Source: Corallochytrium limacisporum Hawaii (taxonomy: Eukaryota; Protista; Pluriformea). Taken from it: DNA of 64,000 nt. A program made the position numbers and the translations under genes. Location: the NCBI GenBank assembly GCA_002811645.1, contig PDIP01000005.1:135198-199197 (forward strand). Direction: 5' to 3'. The notes below the pieces were generated by a model that had not been told where the DNA came from, made no database searches, and saw only the letters and a list, made by a program, of their open reading frames with translations. Shown in pieces: positions 20,744 through 32,641 of the stretch. Within the stretch, counting starts at the first letter, position 1; each line of letters starts with the position of its first letter.

Positions 20744-22582
20744 AATTCCGCTGTTGTTTCTTCAGACAGCTCCTAAACCCCCTGACGACGACTATTGCTA
20801 CCTGTGCTAATTCCCTGTAAGAACAACGATAAGCTATGTAGTGCTCACAAGGATGATTGAATCACTATATTCATGGTTCATGCACGCACCAAAATACATG
20901 ACGAACGAATATGGCCCCTGTGATTCTCCGCATGTGCAATGAACTAAGCTCATGATTGTCGCTGGGTGTAGACGAAATACCCGAAAACAAAAACCTCAGC
21001 GTGGAAGCGGACCCAGCAAAGTCTCACAATGTGTCCCCCTTGCACTTTCTGCGCATGGCCCCCCCTGGGCTTTCTGGCCGTTCCGACCCACTACAAGGCC
21101 AATCACTTCTCACGCGGCCCAGAAGACGGAAGTGCGGGTCTGGTTGATTCATATTTGATTTACATACTCTTACATGTTATAATACTCTAACAGCCCTTAA
21201 TCAAATCTAATGCCGGTCTTCAGTTCATTATATTGACTCTATATAAGTTCAAATTGAATCACGTTCAAAACGGGAGTCTATTTTGTGGCTTTAGGCGACC
21301 CTCCAGGGACGCCGCGCGCTGTTGGACAAGTGAGAAATGTGCATTGCGAGAAAGCTGGAGGTTTCGTGAAAGAGTTTCCAGTACATTCAGCAGCGGACAG
21401 ACCGGCTCGCAACCCGAGAAGATCACATCAGCGATATTTCGACACCGTAACCCACCACCATCACCAGGAACATACATCGCCAGCCAAGAAAGTAAAAGGA
21501 ATGGTGAGTACGCATGGTAAACCATCGCCACATCTATCCAATGTAGTAAAAATTTCTGAAGGTAAAACGTGAGTTGTGAACACTCCTTGCTTCCCTGCTC
21601 GTATCATCGGAGCTCCAGGGGATGTCAGAAGCCGGGGCCAGAAGGTTCTTGCACACTTCCGCTATTCTTGTTGGGCCCTGTGCTGTCTTCAGGCAGGCAA
21701 AGCAGAGAAACTTTGCGGGGGCGATGGCAAATAAAACAGGGGACCAAACATGTCTCTCGTGGCTGATAATGAAAAATCCACGAGGCCCCCGGGGAGGGGG
21801 GTTGTTTCAATTCCAACGTCTCTAGCAAAGGGTTTGCCAAAAAGAAAAGCCGAATACTGGTCACTCTAAGCAAAAGAATAAGCCATCCAGTATCAAATAT
21901 ACTTAATTAATACTGCATGATGTCCTAAAGTTAACATCGAGTTACTGTCAAATTTTCCTGGAATACGGATCAGAACTAGGGCCGCCTGTAAACACCCAAC
22001 CGGCCGCAGGTTTCATACTGAATATACTACATTATTCGCTATTTTTCTCTAATCTGTTGAAGAGATGGTACCATACACGAAACCGAGGGGTTACTTACCT
22101 CGCCCAATTGCGACAGGACTTGAGCCGCCCCATTTTTGTCCACGGACTCGAGCCGTCAACCCCTCCCTAAACTCGTCCTCCACTCCCCTTTACTTGTTTT
22201 GGGTATAGTCAATGTACTCACATGTTTCCGATCGGTTTTCTAGTTCTCTCTCTGTTATCTGACGTGTCCCGCCTCTTTCTCTGGTTTCCTCTGAGCCCTT
22301 GCTCTGAAAGTCTTTGCTCTCTTTCTATTGGCTTTGCGCCCGCTCATCCTCTCCTGGCTGCCACGGTGATCCATCCTTGGAGTGCTGACTGCTACCAAAC
22401 CAAGACCCAGTTCTCAGTGATTCTTTACTTATGTTTTTGCTCTGTGTTTTGTGCTGTCAGTGCTGCAAACGTGTGTGCTATCTTCGCTTAGGAGTTGCCA
22501 ATTAACTTTTCATTTGATTCCTCTGCGTGTCTTATTTTTTACTATTGAATTCCTTGGCGTTTAGCGCGGCTGTTGTTCGTTT

Positions 22583-22603
22583 TTGTTGTTGTTGTTGTTG
22601 TTG
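22583..22603. repeat. (TTG)7 microsatellite
   Basis: Read directly from sequence. Confidence 0.9.
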
Positions 22604-25600
22604 GGCTGTCATTTACATTCCTCTTTCTTTCTTGTTCGTGACTTCCTTGTGATCAAACGCCCGCGAAAATTGTCCTTAAGTATGGACTTTTTCTTTTTTC
22701 GACCTTTCCTAGGTGGGGGTGGGGGACTGCTACCATACTCCCCTTTTTTCATTTTTTTTTAAATGTCCTGGTCAAGAAGCTCGAGGGTGACTCATCGGAG
22801 CAACCGCTCCGGTTGGGATGAAGGCCCCGGCCTTGTGTGTCGGCAAGAAGCCCGGACGATGTACATCAGCACACTGGGTGGGTGTCGAATACCGATACAT
22901 CCAGCTACCATCCAAGAACATGTAACAAGTGCTGGTGATCTTGACAGGGCATAGAAGCATGGGATCAGTACAGTGGCACGATGGGTACAGCCTTGGTCAT
23001 GTTGATGGACCGCCATACTTGAGGTTAAGAGTGGATGGGGTTAAGTTGGCGTTCGGAAACCGTTTGTACGATCAGGCCATTCCTGAATCTTCATCTACTC
23101 GGTTTAGCAGCCCAACAACATCACATGAAAAAATCGTAGTGTAAAACTGAACTATACAGCGGAAATCTGAGTGTGGCGGTGCAGCTGATGCCCTACTGGT
23201 CGGTTGGGCTGATTGCATGTCTTGCGTTGCGATGCAGCCTGCCAAATTGCAGGGAATTTTGCGGTGATGGTTGGCGTAATCATGTACAATACCTAGAAGA
23301 AACAGCCCAGACAGAAACTTTAAGCATGAAAGCGTCCTCTCAAGAGGCTGTGTAGACGCGGGAGCATGCTGGAGCATCATGATTTGAAGGGGAAAGCCCG
23401 GAACGAGCGAAGCGAAGCAAACAGAAGAAGTCCGGGAATGCCTCAGGGAACAGGGACTGAACATCGGCAACAGCGACATTGGTTGCAGATGATATGAGCG
23501 TATAGTGGACCCGCCTAGGTGATGATGAACGCGGGAACAAGACCCAAGAGTTGGAAGTGCAACGAGATAACACACCGGGGAACACCCACCAAGACACGGT
23601 AAGAGGTGGTCGGATCATGGAATTGGAATGTTCTCCTTTGCACCACTGCCGGAGCAGCTGCAACTTCGACATTGATTCTGATCCGGCACGCTTGCACGCC
23701 TTTCCACGGCGAATTGTTCTCTGATCTTACTCACTTTTTTCATCCGCAGACGTCCTCGTTCGTCTGTGTGTGTCCTTTTCCTCCTGCTCATCGCCGGGCC
23801 GCAGTGGCGATGCACTGTATAGCCAAAGTACTGCCCAATGGTGGTGCCATACTTCGGAATGCACCCATAGCGCACACGCCCCGCAAGGCCGAGACGTAGA
23901 AGAAACGTAGGTGGTGGATACTCCTCCGCTTACTTCATAACCACAATCTGCCATAGACAACAAACTGCTATTTTGAGACAGGTTTCATAGTACGCAGTTC
24001 TCATTCCGCGTACGGAGTACGTCATCAGTGGCCGATATCAGATATCGAAACCTTTCGTGAGTGGTACATTCAGTATTGAAGATTGGACCACGAGTCATCA
24101 CTTTTTGACACTCCCCATGATAAAAAAAGACTGTCGCAGGAAAAGTTGAAAAGAAAATCATTGTGGCGAGAGTTGCTGCACCAGATCCAAACCCGAGCGA
24201 ACCGCAACAGAGCAGGGCAGGCAACGCGACACGCAGCGGGAAAAGAGTGTGCGGTTGAGACAAAAAAGCAAGTCTCGGAGCGAGAGCGAGATAGATAGTG
24301 GAATGCGTTTAAGCTGAATTCGGAATTACTCACGGGAGAGATGCTCCAACCGCATTCCCGGCCCCCGGCAGAGTTGGGACCGCGAATCCTCAATAAGCCC
24401 GACTGCAGCAAACCCAGCAGCAACGCAGTGGTAGGGGAGGATTTCTCAAGAATTGCGGGAGGTTGCAAAATTAAAAAAAAACCAAAGATCATTTTCGTGC
24501 TACATATCTAGGTTCATTATGTATAGAGATATGGTTAGTCCGTACGAAGCCAACGTGTGCATTGTACGACCGATACAAAAGTTGCAAGCGCAGGCCAGAG
24601 AAAAAAAGTTCGAAGTGAGCAAACTCCGTGGACAAACGAAAGGGACACCGAAGTGGAACGAAGCCAGGAATGGGAGGCCCGCCGCGGCCCCTCCGGCCCC
24701 TGCGAGGAGGGAGGGGGAGGGGGCAGGCGTGCAAACGAATTTTCGCAACAGAAACTTTCTGCGGTTCACACATGGAAACAAATTATATTGAATACTTAAT
24801 ATGTGTGTAGAAAATGTGTTTAATATGAACAGAGCAGACAGAAAAAAACAAGGGAACCGCCCGTGAGGAAGATCTGAAAGACAGGCACACCACCACAGGC
24901 CGTTCACATGATCTAACCCACACACCCCGGGGCGGGCAAGGACCGGTGAAGGAGAAAGAAACAATTAGAGTCAGATTAACCAGGGACGAGAGCTTCCAGA
25001 ACGGTGGGTGAAAATATGATTTTGTCTCCTTTTCCTTTCATTTGGCTGGAAATTTCTAATAAAAAATATGAAAAAAAGGAGGGCTTCCCAGCCCTTCCCC
25101 TCCCTGCCTTTCGTCTCCGATTCCCACTGACACCCTCCCCCTCCCCCCCAACCGTTCGGCCTTCTCCGCTACCTCGCACGCACACTCCCTGCTCGACTTT
25201 CCCCCCGGGGGGGTCCTGTCCCGCCCTGGACCAAAGAACAGAGCCTTGAATTGAGTTTTCGGAGTCTCGGAGAGGAAAGAGAAAGGGCAAAAAAAGTTGG
25301 GAGAGAGTGAGACCCCACGCACGAGTTGCGTACCGGCGGCCAACTTGAAGGTTATAGTACTATATGTTCAATATTGAGTTACGTGTCCATTGCTGCAATG
25401 ACGTGAATTGAGGACTATCATGTGCGGGACTGTCCTTGTTGCCGTTCAACGCCAAGCGCTTAGGAGAGACTGCGGCGTAGGGGTACCCAGTTCCGGAAGA
25501 GCTATTTCCCAATGGGTCCAAATTAGGTACTGAACGTACCGCTATTTTTCCACTTTTGGAGATACTTAACGGAAAGGGGCTATTTCCGACCGTGATATAG

Positions 25601-26729
25601 CGGTGGAAACAAGCCCTAGAATGACCAACCCCCGTCCTTTTTCCTTCTGCCTTCCCCCGCTCTGTCCCCGTCCCGTCCACTGTTCCTTTCTTTTTCCATT
25701 GGTTTTCTTCCCCATTTTTCTAAATGAAACTCTCCATTCGTTTCTCTTCTTCTCTTTCTATTTTTTTTTACTGTCCGCACACCCCACCCCAGTCTGGCGT
25801 TGTCATTTTGTTCAGTTCCCCTCCCGTCCTCCCGCCTGGCTACGTCTCCGTCCTTTCCTTCCTCTCTCCCCCCCAAACCCTCCTCCTCTCCTCCCGGGGT
25901 GGAGGGGAGAGCCTTTGTGTGCAAAACCACCGGTACGTCGCGGCACCTCTTCTCATATTCATTCGCAATACACCCTCGCGTGGAGTATGCACAGTACTGA
26001 GCTGCTTATGGGGAGTCGTAGGCCGCTTCGACACAGGAAAAGGGGTGGTGGTGGGATGATCCGAGTTCGGAAGATTAAGAAAAAAAAAACAAGAAAAAAC
26101 TTTTTGACGGGCGGGTCGTAGAAAAGACGAAGACGGGGGCTCCGGAGCGAGAGAGAGATATATAGAGGTAAGGGCCGAGCGATTAGAGAGAGAGAGAGAC
26201 AGGGAGCGCGAGATCTTTTCTGTGTCACCAGCATCTGCCCACACTTGCACTTGGCTCGCTAGCCGGTCGGGATGTGTCCTTCGTCCTCCTGACTTTGTCC
26301 TCCGCGCCGCCCTCTCTCTCTCTCTCACTCTCTCTCGCTCTTTCTTTCTCCAAGCCTGTCTCTCGCCCCATTTTTTCTTCCTTCTTTTCTTCCGCCCAGT
26401 GTCTCAGTGTCTCACTCCCGCCTTTGCCTCCTCCGGGCCCAGGGCGGAAGGGAGGTGCCTCCCTCCCTCCCTCGTCCTCTCTGGGGCTGCTTGTTCCGGT
26501 TCTTCCGCGGCCTTTCCCTTCCCCCCCTCTCTGCCCGGGCCTGGCTCGGTGACACCTAAACACCTCTCCCCTCCACCTCCTGCTTCCTTCTCACTCCCTG
26601 CCTCCTCCCTCTCAACCACAGCGATATGCCCGCTTCCCCTACCCGCGGAGGTGCTCGTCTCTGCCGCTAGTTTTTTTTTCCGCCTCCCGCCCTAAAAAAT
26701 TTTCTCTGTCCCCCCCCCCTCTCGCTCTC

Positions 26730-26735
<6 letters not shown>

Positions 26736-26773
<38 letters not shown>
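26736..26773. repeat. (TC)n microsatellite in a pyrimidine-rich region upstream of the arrestin gene
   Basis: Read directly from sequence. Confidence 0.9.
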
Positions 26774-26778
<5 letters not shown>

Positions 26779-27645
26779 GTCCTTGGCTTTCGTTCCTTCC
26801 CCCCTCCCCCTCTCCCCGGTCTTCCTTTCTCCTTCACTCCCCGTTCCTTGGCCTCCTTCCCCCTCCCCCCTTGCCTTCCGGTTAAGTTTTCCGTTTAAGA
26901 AGTTGGGCTCTGCTTCGGAAAGGGGGACCCCCCTTCGGCTATCTTTAGGAAAGGTGGAGCTCCTGCCGAAGGGTTATTTGCATACTTGCTCTGGTAAAGG
27001 GTGGTGGTGGCTGCATAAAACGAAGGAAAAAGGTGGGGGAGGAGAGGAAAGTTCCTTTCCTCATTGATCGCAGCTGGTGCCACTGCTACCGCTAAAAACC
27101 ACCAACGCCTTTGGCAAGTTTTCATGGCTCGGTGGCCAGGAGATGACTTCTGAGGTTATCGCTCTCCCTTTGGACAAAGGTTGGCACGGACGTGATGCGC
27201 CTACACTTATATACCCACTAATTGGTTCTGTGTTTCTTGGTTGTAGTCATAGAGAGACTGCTTGAGACTTCGACCAAGTATTGAATCCTTGTTCACGTGT
27301 AGACGGCGAAAAAGGGGGAACAAGCAGGTACAAGGAAGATCAGGGTGGTACATATCTTACGATCTCATAGCACATAAGGATACAACAGTCAAGTCGTATA
27401 ATGGTACGTGTGAACAAGTTTTATGGGAAAGATTAAAGAATAAGTGACAACGAAAAGTCATTTAGCGAGCAAGAGCCCTTTGATGCGACAGAGGAAACGA
27501 ATTTGCCTATTTCCATTCGGTAGATCACATTAAGACGAAGAATGTAAACATGGTTGAATAAGTTAGACGGGATCCACAATTGAAACAAGTGACGGTATAA
27601 CCCACCAAATAGTTTTCAATTTTTCAATCTAACTGTTTATTTAGC

Positions 27646-30600
27646 ATGGGCCTCTTCAAGCGCAAATCAAAACTGCGCAATAGCACGGCTGCACCTGCAG
27701 AGCCGCCAACGGTTCCAAGCGGAGTTGTCGTCCCGAACAAGCCTTTGCCCCAGTATCTGCCCGAAACACCTGGTAATGGTGCAAATGAAAGTCGTTCTGG
27801 CACTCGCGCCAGTGCCAGCGGGGAAATGGACGGCACGTCCGTTTCATCACAAACAGCGTCTCCGTTGAACGGAAACTCGCTCACCGAACCGGACCATGTA
27901 GTCACCGGTGGCTTGGCCGCAGGATCAGTACCAAGCAACGCAAACATTTCTTACACTCTCGAAACATACAGTGCCGGAGCGCTCGAGGAAGAATTGGGCA
28001 CAGTGGAGCGTCGGGGCCGGTCTCCGTCGCCGGGCCGACGCAGTCAGAGCAGCCGTCGCAGCAGGGAGTTTGGCAGCAGCAGTGCTGCAATCCGGAGCTC
28101 GAGTCGCCACAGCCGCACCAGCACCGGGTCTCCGACGCGCGGCAGTCGTTCAGAGGCGCGACGTCGGCATTCTTCGGCCTGCTCAACGGGATCTAAGCGC
28201 AGCAGCCTCGGTGCACGTCTCGCAGGTATGCTCGTAGGCGTCGGCGGTGATACCGAAGATGGCACGAGGGTCGAAGTCACGCGGCACTCTACACATGACA
28301 AGATCAGCAAAGAGGGTGGAGTGCCTGGATTTGGTAAAGGAAGGCGAGTGCGGGACAGTCGTCAGCATGACGCGGCTGCCGTACACGATGGGGGCAGCAG
28401 CGGGGGCACCCGCGGGTCAGCAAGCAGGGATGGATCAACCGATGAGGAGCAGCGCCGGCGCAGCATACCTGAAATCGGTGACCAGGCCATTGCAGCCGCC
28501 ATCGCCGCCTCCATTGCAGAAAGGGGCGAGGATCGGGACACAACGACCGTCACTGCAACGATGGAACCGCAACAGCCCCCACTGGTGGTCCAGTCGGGTC
28601 CGTCAGCTGCACAACTGGAAAGGTCCGCAATGGCCTTGGAATTGGTCAACTCCAAGAGCGAGAGCTTGGCCGCAGCTGGTTTTGCTCCATCTTCCGCATC
28701 ACCCGCGACCTCAACATCGACAATGAATGTGGCAGGCACTCCAATGGCAACTTCACTGGCAAGCGTAGTTAATGAAGGCCTTGGCCCGGGGATCGAGGAA
28801 GAACAGGCTAGTCGCACCATTTCTGAAGAAGAGAACCACACTAGCACCCAGGGCGGCAGTAGCAAGCGCAAAGGTCAGCGTCGCGAAAAGAGCAGCCGAA
28901 GTCGTAGTGGTGACAAGCACCACAGTAGCAACAGTCACAAGCGCCGCGACAAGAGTAGCAGTCGGTCGAATCGAGGACACAAGAGTTACACGGGCCAGGG
29001 TGATCTTATCCGGGACGAATCGCTGTTTGTCAAGGAAAGCATTAAGAGTCAGCTGGACCCGTCTCTCAAGTACTATGGCAGCGGTCGGTCCAAGGCCATG
29101 CCCTACCCTGAATACGTGGAATTTGCTGTTATTGCCCCTAGGCGCCACATTTACGCTGGACAGCCGGTCGAAGGCTTTGTCTACCTCCGCGTCAACGACA
29201 AACCAAACACTGTACAGGACGTGGTGGTGACCTACCGTTGCCGCCTTGACATGGGCCGCAGCGGCAGCCAAGTGCTTTGGAGTAGCACGCAACGCAGTTC
29301 AGTTGTGTTTGACCGTGAGGGTCTACCTCCTGGTGGTTATGAATTTCCGTACGTCTTCGAGCCACCGGCTCACTTACCCCCGAGTGGTGAGTTCCTGCAT
29401 CTAGCCGCCCTAACTGGCAAGCAGCGCTATTTGGATGATCCCGTTGTCGAGGTGTACATACGGCACGAAATCCGTGCCCACATTATGCACCCGCGGCGCG
29501 AGGAGGATGGCATCAAGAAGCGCAAGCATTTGCGCGTGCAGGGTGCCGTCAGCTTCAGGGCACACTATGAACTTCCGCGGAACCTGCCCGGCATGGGTAT
29601 TGTAGTGGATTCTGTGCGCCAGAGCCGCATCCGCCTAACTGCGCAGCTGCGGTCCATGGTTGTTGTCAAAGGCCAGCCTATCGAAGTGCACGTGACTGTG
29701 GAAAATGAAGGCCTCTCAAAGGTCACAGAAATCTGGTGCAAACTGATTCAAGTGGTTAAGGTAGAGAAGGGCATTTCAGGCACTGTGTACAATCTGCGAA
29801 TTCCAGTCGGCATCTCGCGGTGCGACATGAGTTGTGGCACTGGCAAGGCGCAGACAGCCCACCTAGAGATTCTCGCAGACACCTGGGCCAGCCGCCGGGA
29901 CGCACAGGGCACTTACGTGGTGCGTCAGCAGGACCGCACATTCGAGACCGTTTCGACGTTTGAAATGTCTCGCTACGAGGGCAGTCCGTGGGTATCCGTC
30001 GGCTACGAAGTCGAGACTATTGCCCGCACGTCAATGCGAGGCAAGGCCATACTTGCGCAGAGTGTGATTCTCTGTGATCCTAAACCACAACCTAGCCCCT
30101 TGCCGTCTTACTACGCTGCGACAACCGCAAAGCACTTTGCGATCACCGACAGTGGGCGTCCGTCCTTGAGCGGCGGCACCGCACACTTGAGCAAGGCAGA
30201 CGAGGCCGCCAGGGAGGGACTGCTGGCCAAACTAGAGCGCGAGCGCGAAGAGGAGCTCGCCGAGATACAGGCACGTGACGGTCCTAGCCACGAGGATGTG
30301 AACGCGCTCATTGGCCGTGGCAGCATACCTGCAAACGGTGGTGGTGCCTCGACCAGCGGCATTATTAGCAGCCTCGCCGGATTGTACAGCCACTCGCAGA
30401 TCAGTCACGGAAGCAGTAACACCTCACGAACCTCTGCACCGGAACCCGATGACGCAGCCAATCTGCCATCGTACCACGAAGTTGCGGCGAAGCCCCACAT
30501 GTTTGCTCCTATGCGCCTGGTTGCCCTGAGCTCTTCGATGGATGACTTCCAAGACGTCGAAGCCTTAGCCAATTCCAACGGCAGCCTCGGTGATCGTGAT

Positions 30601-30951
30601 TCGCTGGTGATTGACCTGACATCGGAGCGACCGTCGATTGGCTCGGCCAGTCCCCTGTCACTTCGACAGGCCAAGGCCCAGGGTCACGTTCAGAGCCCCT
30701 TGTCACGCGGAAAAGAACCGGCGCCCCTCGGTTCCCAACTGGGACAGACTGTGGACGGTCAGGGTCGCGTCAATATCACCAGAGACGGTAGTCACGAGGA
30801 AATTAACTCAGACGAAATAGTGGACGAGGATCAGGAAGCCATGATGGATGTCGAGGACGACGAAGATGATCGTCGGATGCATCCGCGGCATCCACGCGAC
30901 ATAGACTCGGGTACTGCTAGTCCCTTGCACGGGGCTGCGAGCAGAAGCTGA
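27646..30951 (+). CDS. Arrestin-domain protein (alpha-arrestin-like) with long disordered termini
   Basis: Arrestin_N: IYAGQPVEGFVYL..LPPGGYEFPYVFEPPAHLPPS..VYIRHEIRA; Arrestin_C: GQPIEVHVTVEN..KVTEIWCKLIQ..VSVGYEVE; LPSY motifs. Confidence 0.85.
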   Translation: MGLFKRKSKLRNSTAAPAEPPTVPSGVVVPNKPLPQYLPETPGNGANESRSGTRASASGEMDGTSVSSQTASPLNGNSLTEPDHVVTGGLAAGSVPSNANISYTLETYSAGALEEELGTVERRGRSPSPGRRSQSSRRSREFGSSSAAIRSSSRHSRTSTGSPTRGSRSEARRRHSSACSTGSKRSSLGARLAGMLVGVGGDTEDGTRVEVTRHSTHDKISKEGGVPGFGKGRRVRDSRQHDAAAVHDGGSSGGTRGSASRDGSTDEEQRRRSIPEIGDQAIAAAIAASIAERGEDRDTTTVTATMEPQQPPLVVQSGPSAAQLERSAMALELVNSKSESLAAAGFAPSSASPATSTSTMNVAGTPMATSLASVVNEGLGPGIEEEQASRTISEEENHTSTQGGSSKRKGQRREKSSRSRSGDKHHSSNSHKRRDKSSSRSNRGHKSYTGQGDLIRDESLFVKESIKSQLDPSLKYYGSGRSKAMPYPEYVEFAVIAPRRHIYAGQPVEGFVYLRVNDKPNTVQDVVVTYRCRLDMGRSGSQVLWSSTQRSSVVFDREGLPPGGYEFPYVFEPPAHLPPSGEFLHLAALTGKQRYLDDPVVEVYIRHEIRAHIMHPRREEDGIKKRKHLRVQGAVSFRAHYELPRNLPGMGIVVDSVRQSRIRLTAQLRSMVVVKGQPIEVHVTVENEGLSKVTEIWCKLIQVVKVEKGISGTVYNLRIPVGISRCDMSCGTGKAQTAHLEILADTWASRRDAQGTYVVRQQDRTFETVSTFEMSRYEGSPWVSVGYEVETIARTSMRGKAILAQSVILCDPKPQPSPLPSYYAATTAKHFAITDSGRPSLSGGTAHLSKADEAAREGLLAKLEREREEELAEIQARDGPSHEDVNALIGRGSIPANGGGASTSGIISSLAGLYSHSQISHGSSNTSRTSAPEPDDAANLPSYHEVAAKPHMFAPMRLVALSSSMDDFQDVEALANSNGSLGDRDSLVIDLTSERPSIGSASPLSLRQAKAQGHVQSPLSRGKEPAPLGSQLGQTVDGQGRVNITRDGSHEEINSDEIVDEDQEAMMDVEDDEDDRRMHPRHPRDIDSGTASPLHGAASRS

Positions 30952-31330
30952 ACCTCATTGCCATGGACGACCAGCATACTCTCCTGCTGTCGCAAACTCC
31001 CAGAAACACGTTTCGAACATATAATTTAACATGATCATCATCAAGAGACACCGAACTCATCAAGCATCATCAGAACTATAATCATTTACATAGCATAGAC
31101 ATCATAGTCGCTTTTTTTCATGACTTCCATCTCTACACTCGGGTTGGGTTTCGCATGTCCCGTGGCTGCTGCGTTGGAGGAAACGAGATAGGTAGTGTGT
31201 ACGAGAGCAGATGATCGTTTCTCTTCGGAGACGTTACGGAAGAGGTCACTGGAATAGATAACTTTACACGTTTCTCACACGATTAGACGATATGCTTCGT
31301 TTATTTTTGAAATTCGACGATTTCACACGG

Positions 31331-32641
31331 TCACCGAGAGACCCTAATCACGGACGATGCGCCCGTGAGCTCTGCGCCGGTGGTGCTGGTGCTGGTGCTG
31401 TCGGGGCTCGTCCGGTACTGTCCATCAGCACTGCCTCTGGCATCGCCTGAACCACTGTATCCGCCATTGGTCGGGGTTTCGCTGCCGCTGCCTCTGTCCT
31501 CACCACTCTGCTGCTGTTTCTCCTTCTTGGCCTTGCGTTTCGCCAGTAATGAACTGTTCACATCGTTGAGGTCGCTGAGGTTGTGTGTTTCGTCGATGCG
31601 CATGTCTTCTAGCGCACGGCTGAATTCATTGCGTGCGTACTGAGCGAGGTCCGCGTTGCTCATGTTCTGCACGTTCAGTGGTGTCATGGGCACGTTCGTG
31701 TGGTTCATGATCCACTGACTGCGCTGGACCTCGTCAATGGTGGCCCGTTTAGTCGGATTGGTAAGCAGACAGCGCTGGATGAGTGTGACACATTCTGGAC
31801 TGACCCGATCCCAGTCTTCTGCAGGGAAGTCATAGTGACCGGAACGAATGCGGTGCTTCATGCCTGGACTGATCAGACCACCACTGTAACTAAAGAAAGG
31901 CGGATATCCCGCAATCAAGATGTAACAAATGACGCCCAGAGACCAAACGTCGCAGGCTTTGTCATAAGAGTAGTTTACGGGCGTTTCCCCGTACAATTCC
32001 GCCTTCAAAATCTCCGGAGCCACGTAATAGGGGGTGTAGCATGCCGTTTTGCAAGGTGTTTCCTCCGCTTTCGCAAAACCAAAGTCCGAGAGTTTAATGT
32101 CTGAATCCGGGCTTTTGTCGATGAACAGAATATTTTCCGGCTTCAGGTCACGGTGCGCTATTCCAAGAGCATGCATGTGCTGCACAACTTGTGCCAGCGT
32201 ACTCATTATCCGAGCAGCCATATTCTCTGTGAAACGATGCAAGGACTGGATGCGATCAAGCAATTCTCCACCCTTCATGTATTCCATGATACATAGCAGT
32301 CTCTGGGATCCCGATGAGTTTACATGCTGAAATACGTCGATGATTTTGACAATATTCGGGTGGCTTTGACACATGTAGTGCAATTTCAATTCACGCCGTG
32401 CCCGGTCATTGTTGGGCAGGATCTTGAGCGCGAATGTCTGTCCGTCCTTCTTGGACGAACACAGGAGGACGTTGCCGTTGATACCCACGCCGACAGCACG
32501 GTTACTGACATGGTAATGTTGACTAATGTCGTCTGTCCGATAAACCAGCTCGCTGGCGCCTGGTCCAGCTATGGGGGTGACTCCGTCAAATGGAAAAGCC
32601 TGCTGTGGCTCTGTCTCTGTATCTACCCGCATGGACATCAT
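31331..32641 (-). CDS. MAPKAPK2: MAP kinase-activated protein kinase (MK2/MK3-like)
   Basis: GVGINGNV, FALK, IAHRDLKPEN, DFGFAK, CYTPYYVAPE, YDKACDVWSLGV, ISPGMK, VPMTPL, C-terminal SLLAKRK docking/NLS motif. Confidence 0.93.
   Translation of the reverse strand: MMSMRVDTETEPQQAFPFDGVTPIAGPGASELVYRTDDISQHYHVSNRAVGVGINGNVLLCSSKKDGQTFALKILPNNDRARRELKLHYMCQSHPNIVKIIDVFQHVNSSGSQRLLCIMEYMKGGELLDRIQSLHRFTENMAARIMSTLAQVVQHMHALGIAHRDLKPENILFIDKSPDSDIKLSDFGFAKAEETPCKTACYTPYYVAPEILKAELYGETPVNYSYDKACDVWSLGVICYILIAGYPPFFSYSGGLISPGMKHRIRSGHYDFPAEDWDRVSPECVTLIQRCLLTNPTKRATIDEVQRSQWIMNHTNVPMTPLNVQNMSNADLAQYARNEFSRALEDMRIDETHNLSDLNDVNSSLLAKRKAKKEKQQQSGEDRGSGSETPTNGGYSGSGDARGSADGQYRTSPDSTSTSTTGAELTGASSVIRVSR

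Noticed and set aside
22092-22250. U1 snRNA 5' end (TACTTACCT)
   Set aside because: No U1-70K loop, U1A loop or Sm site follows; better read as a minus-strand splice donor.
24865-24980. RNase P RNA CR-I/CR-V-like pair GAAGATCTGA..TCAGAT
   Set aside because: Only about 100 nt apart, with no other conserved regions or closing helices recognisable.
24450-27450. Many 60-200 aa ORFs in low-complexity intergenic DNA (also 11-1115, 33006-37672, 48865-49437, 51061-51894)
   Set aside because: They overlap on both strands, their composition follows CT/GA/poly-C tracts, and they show no motifs.
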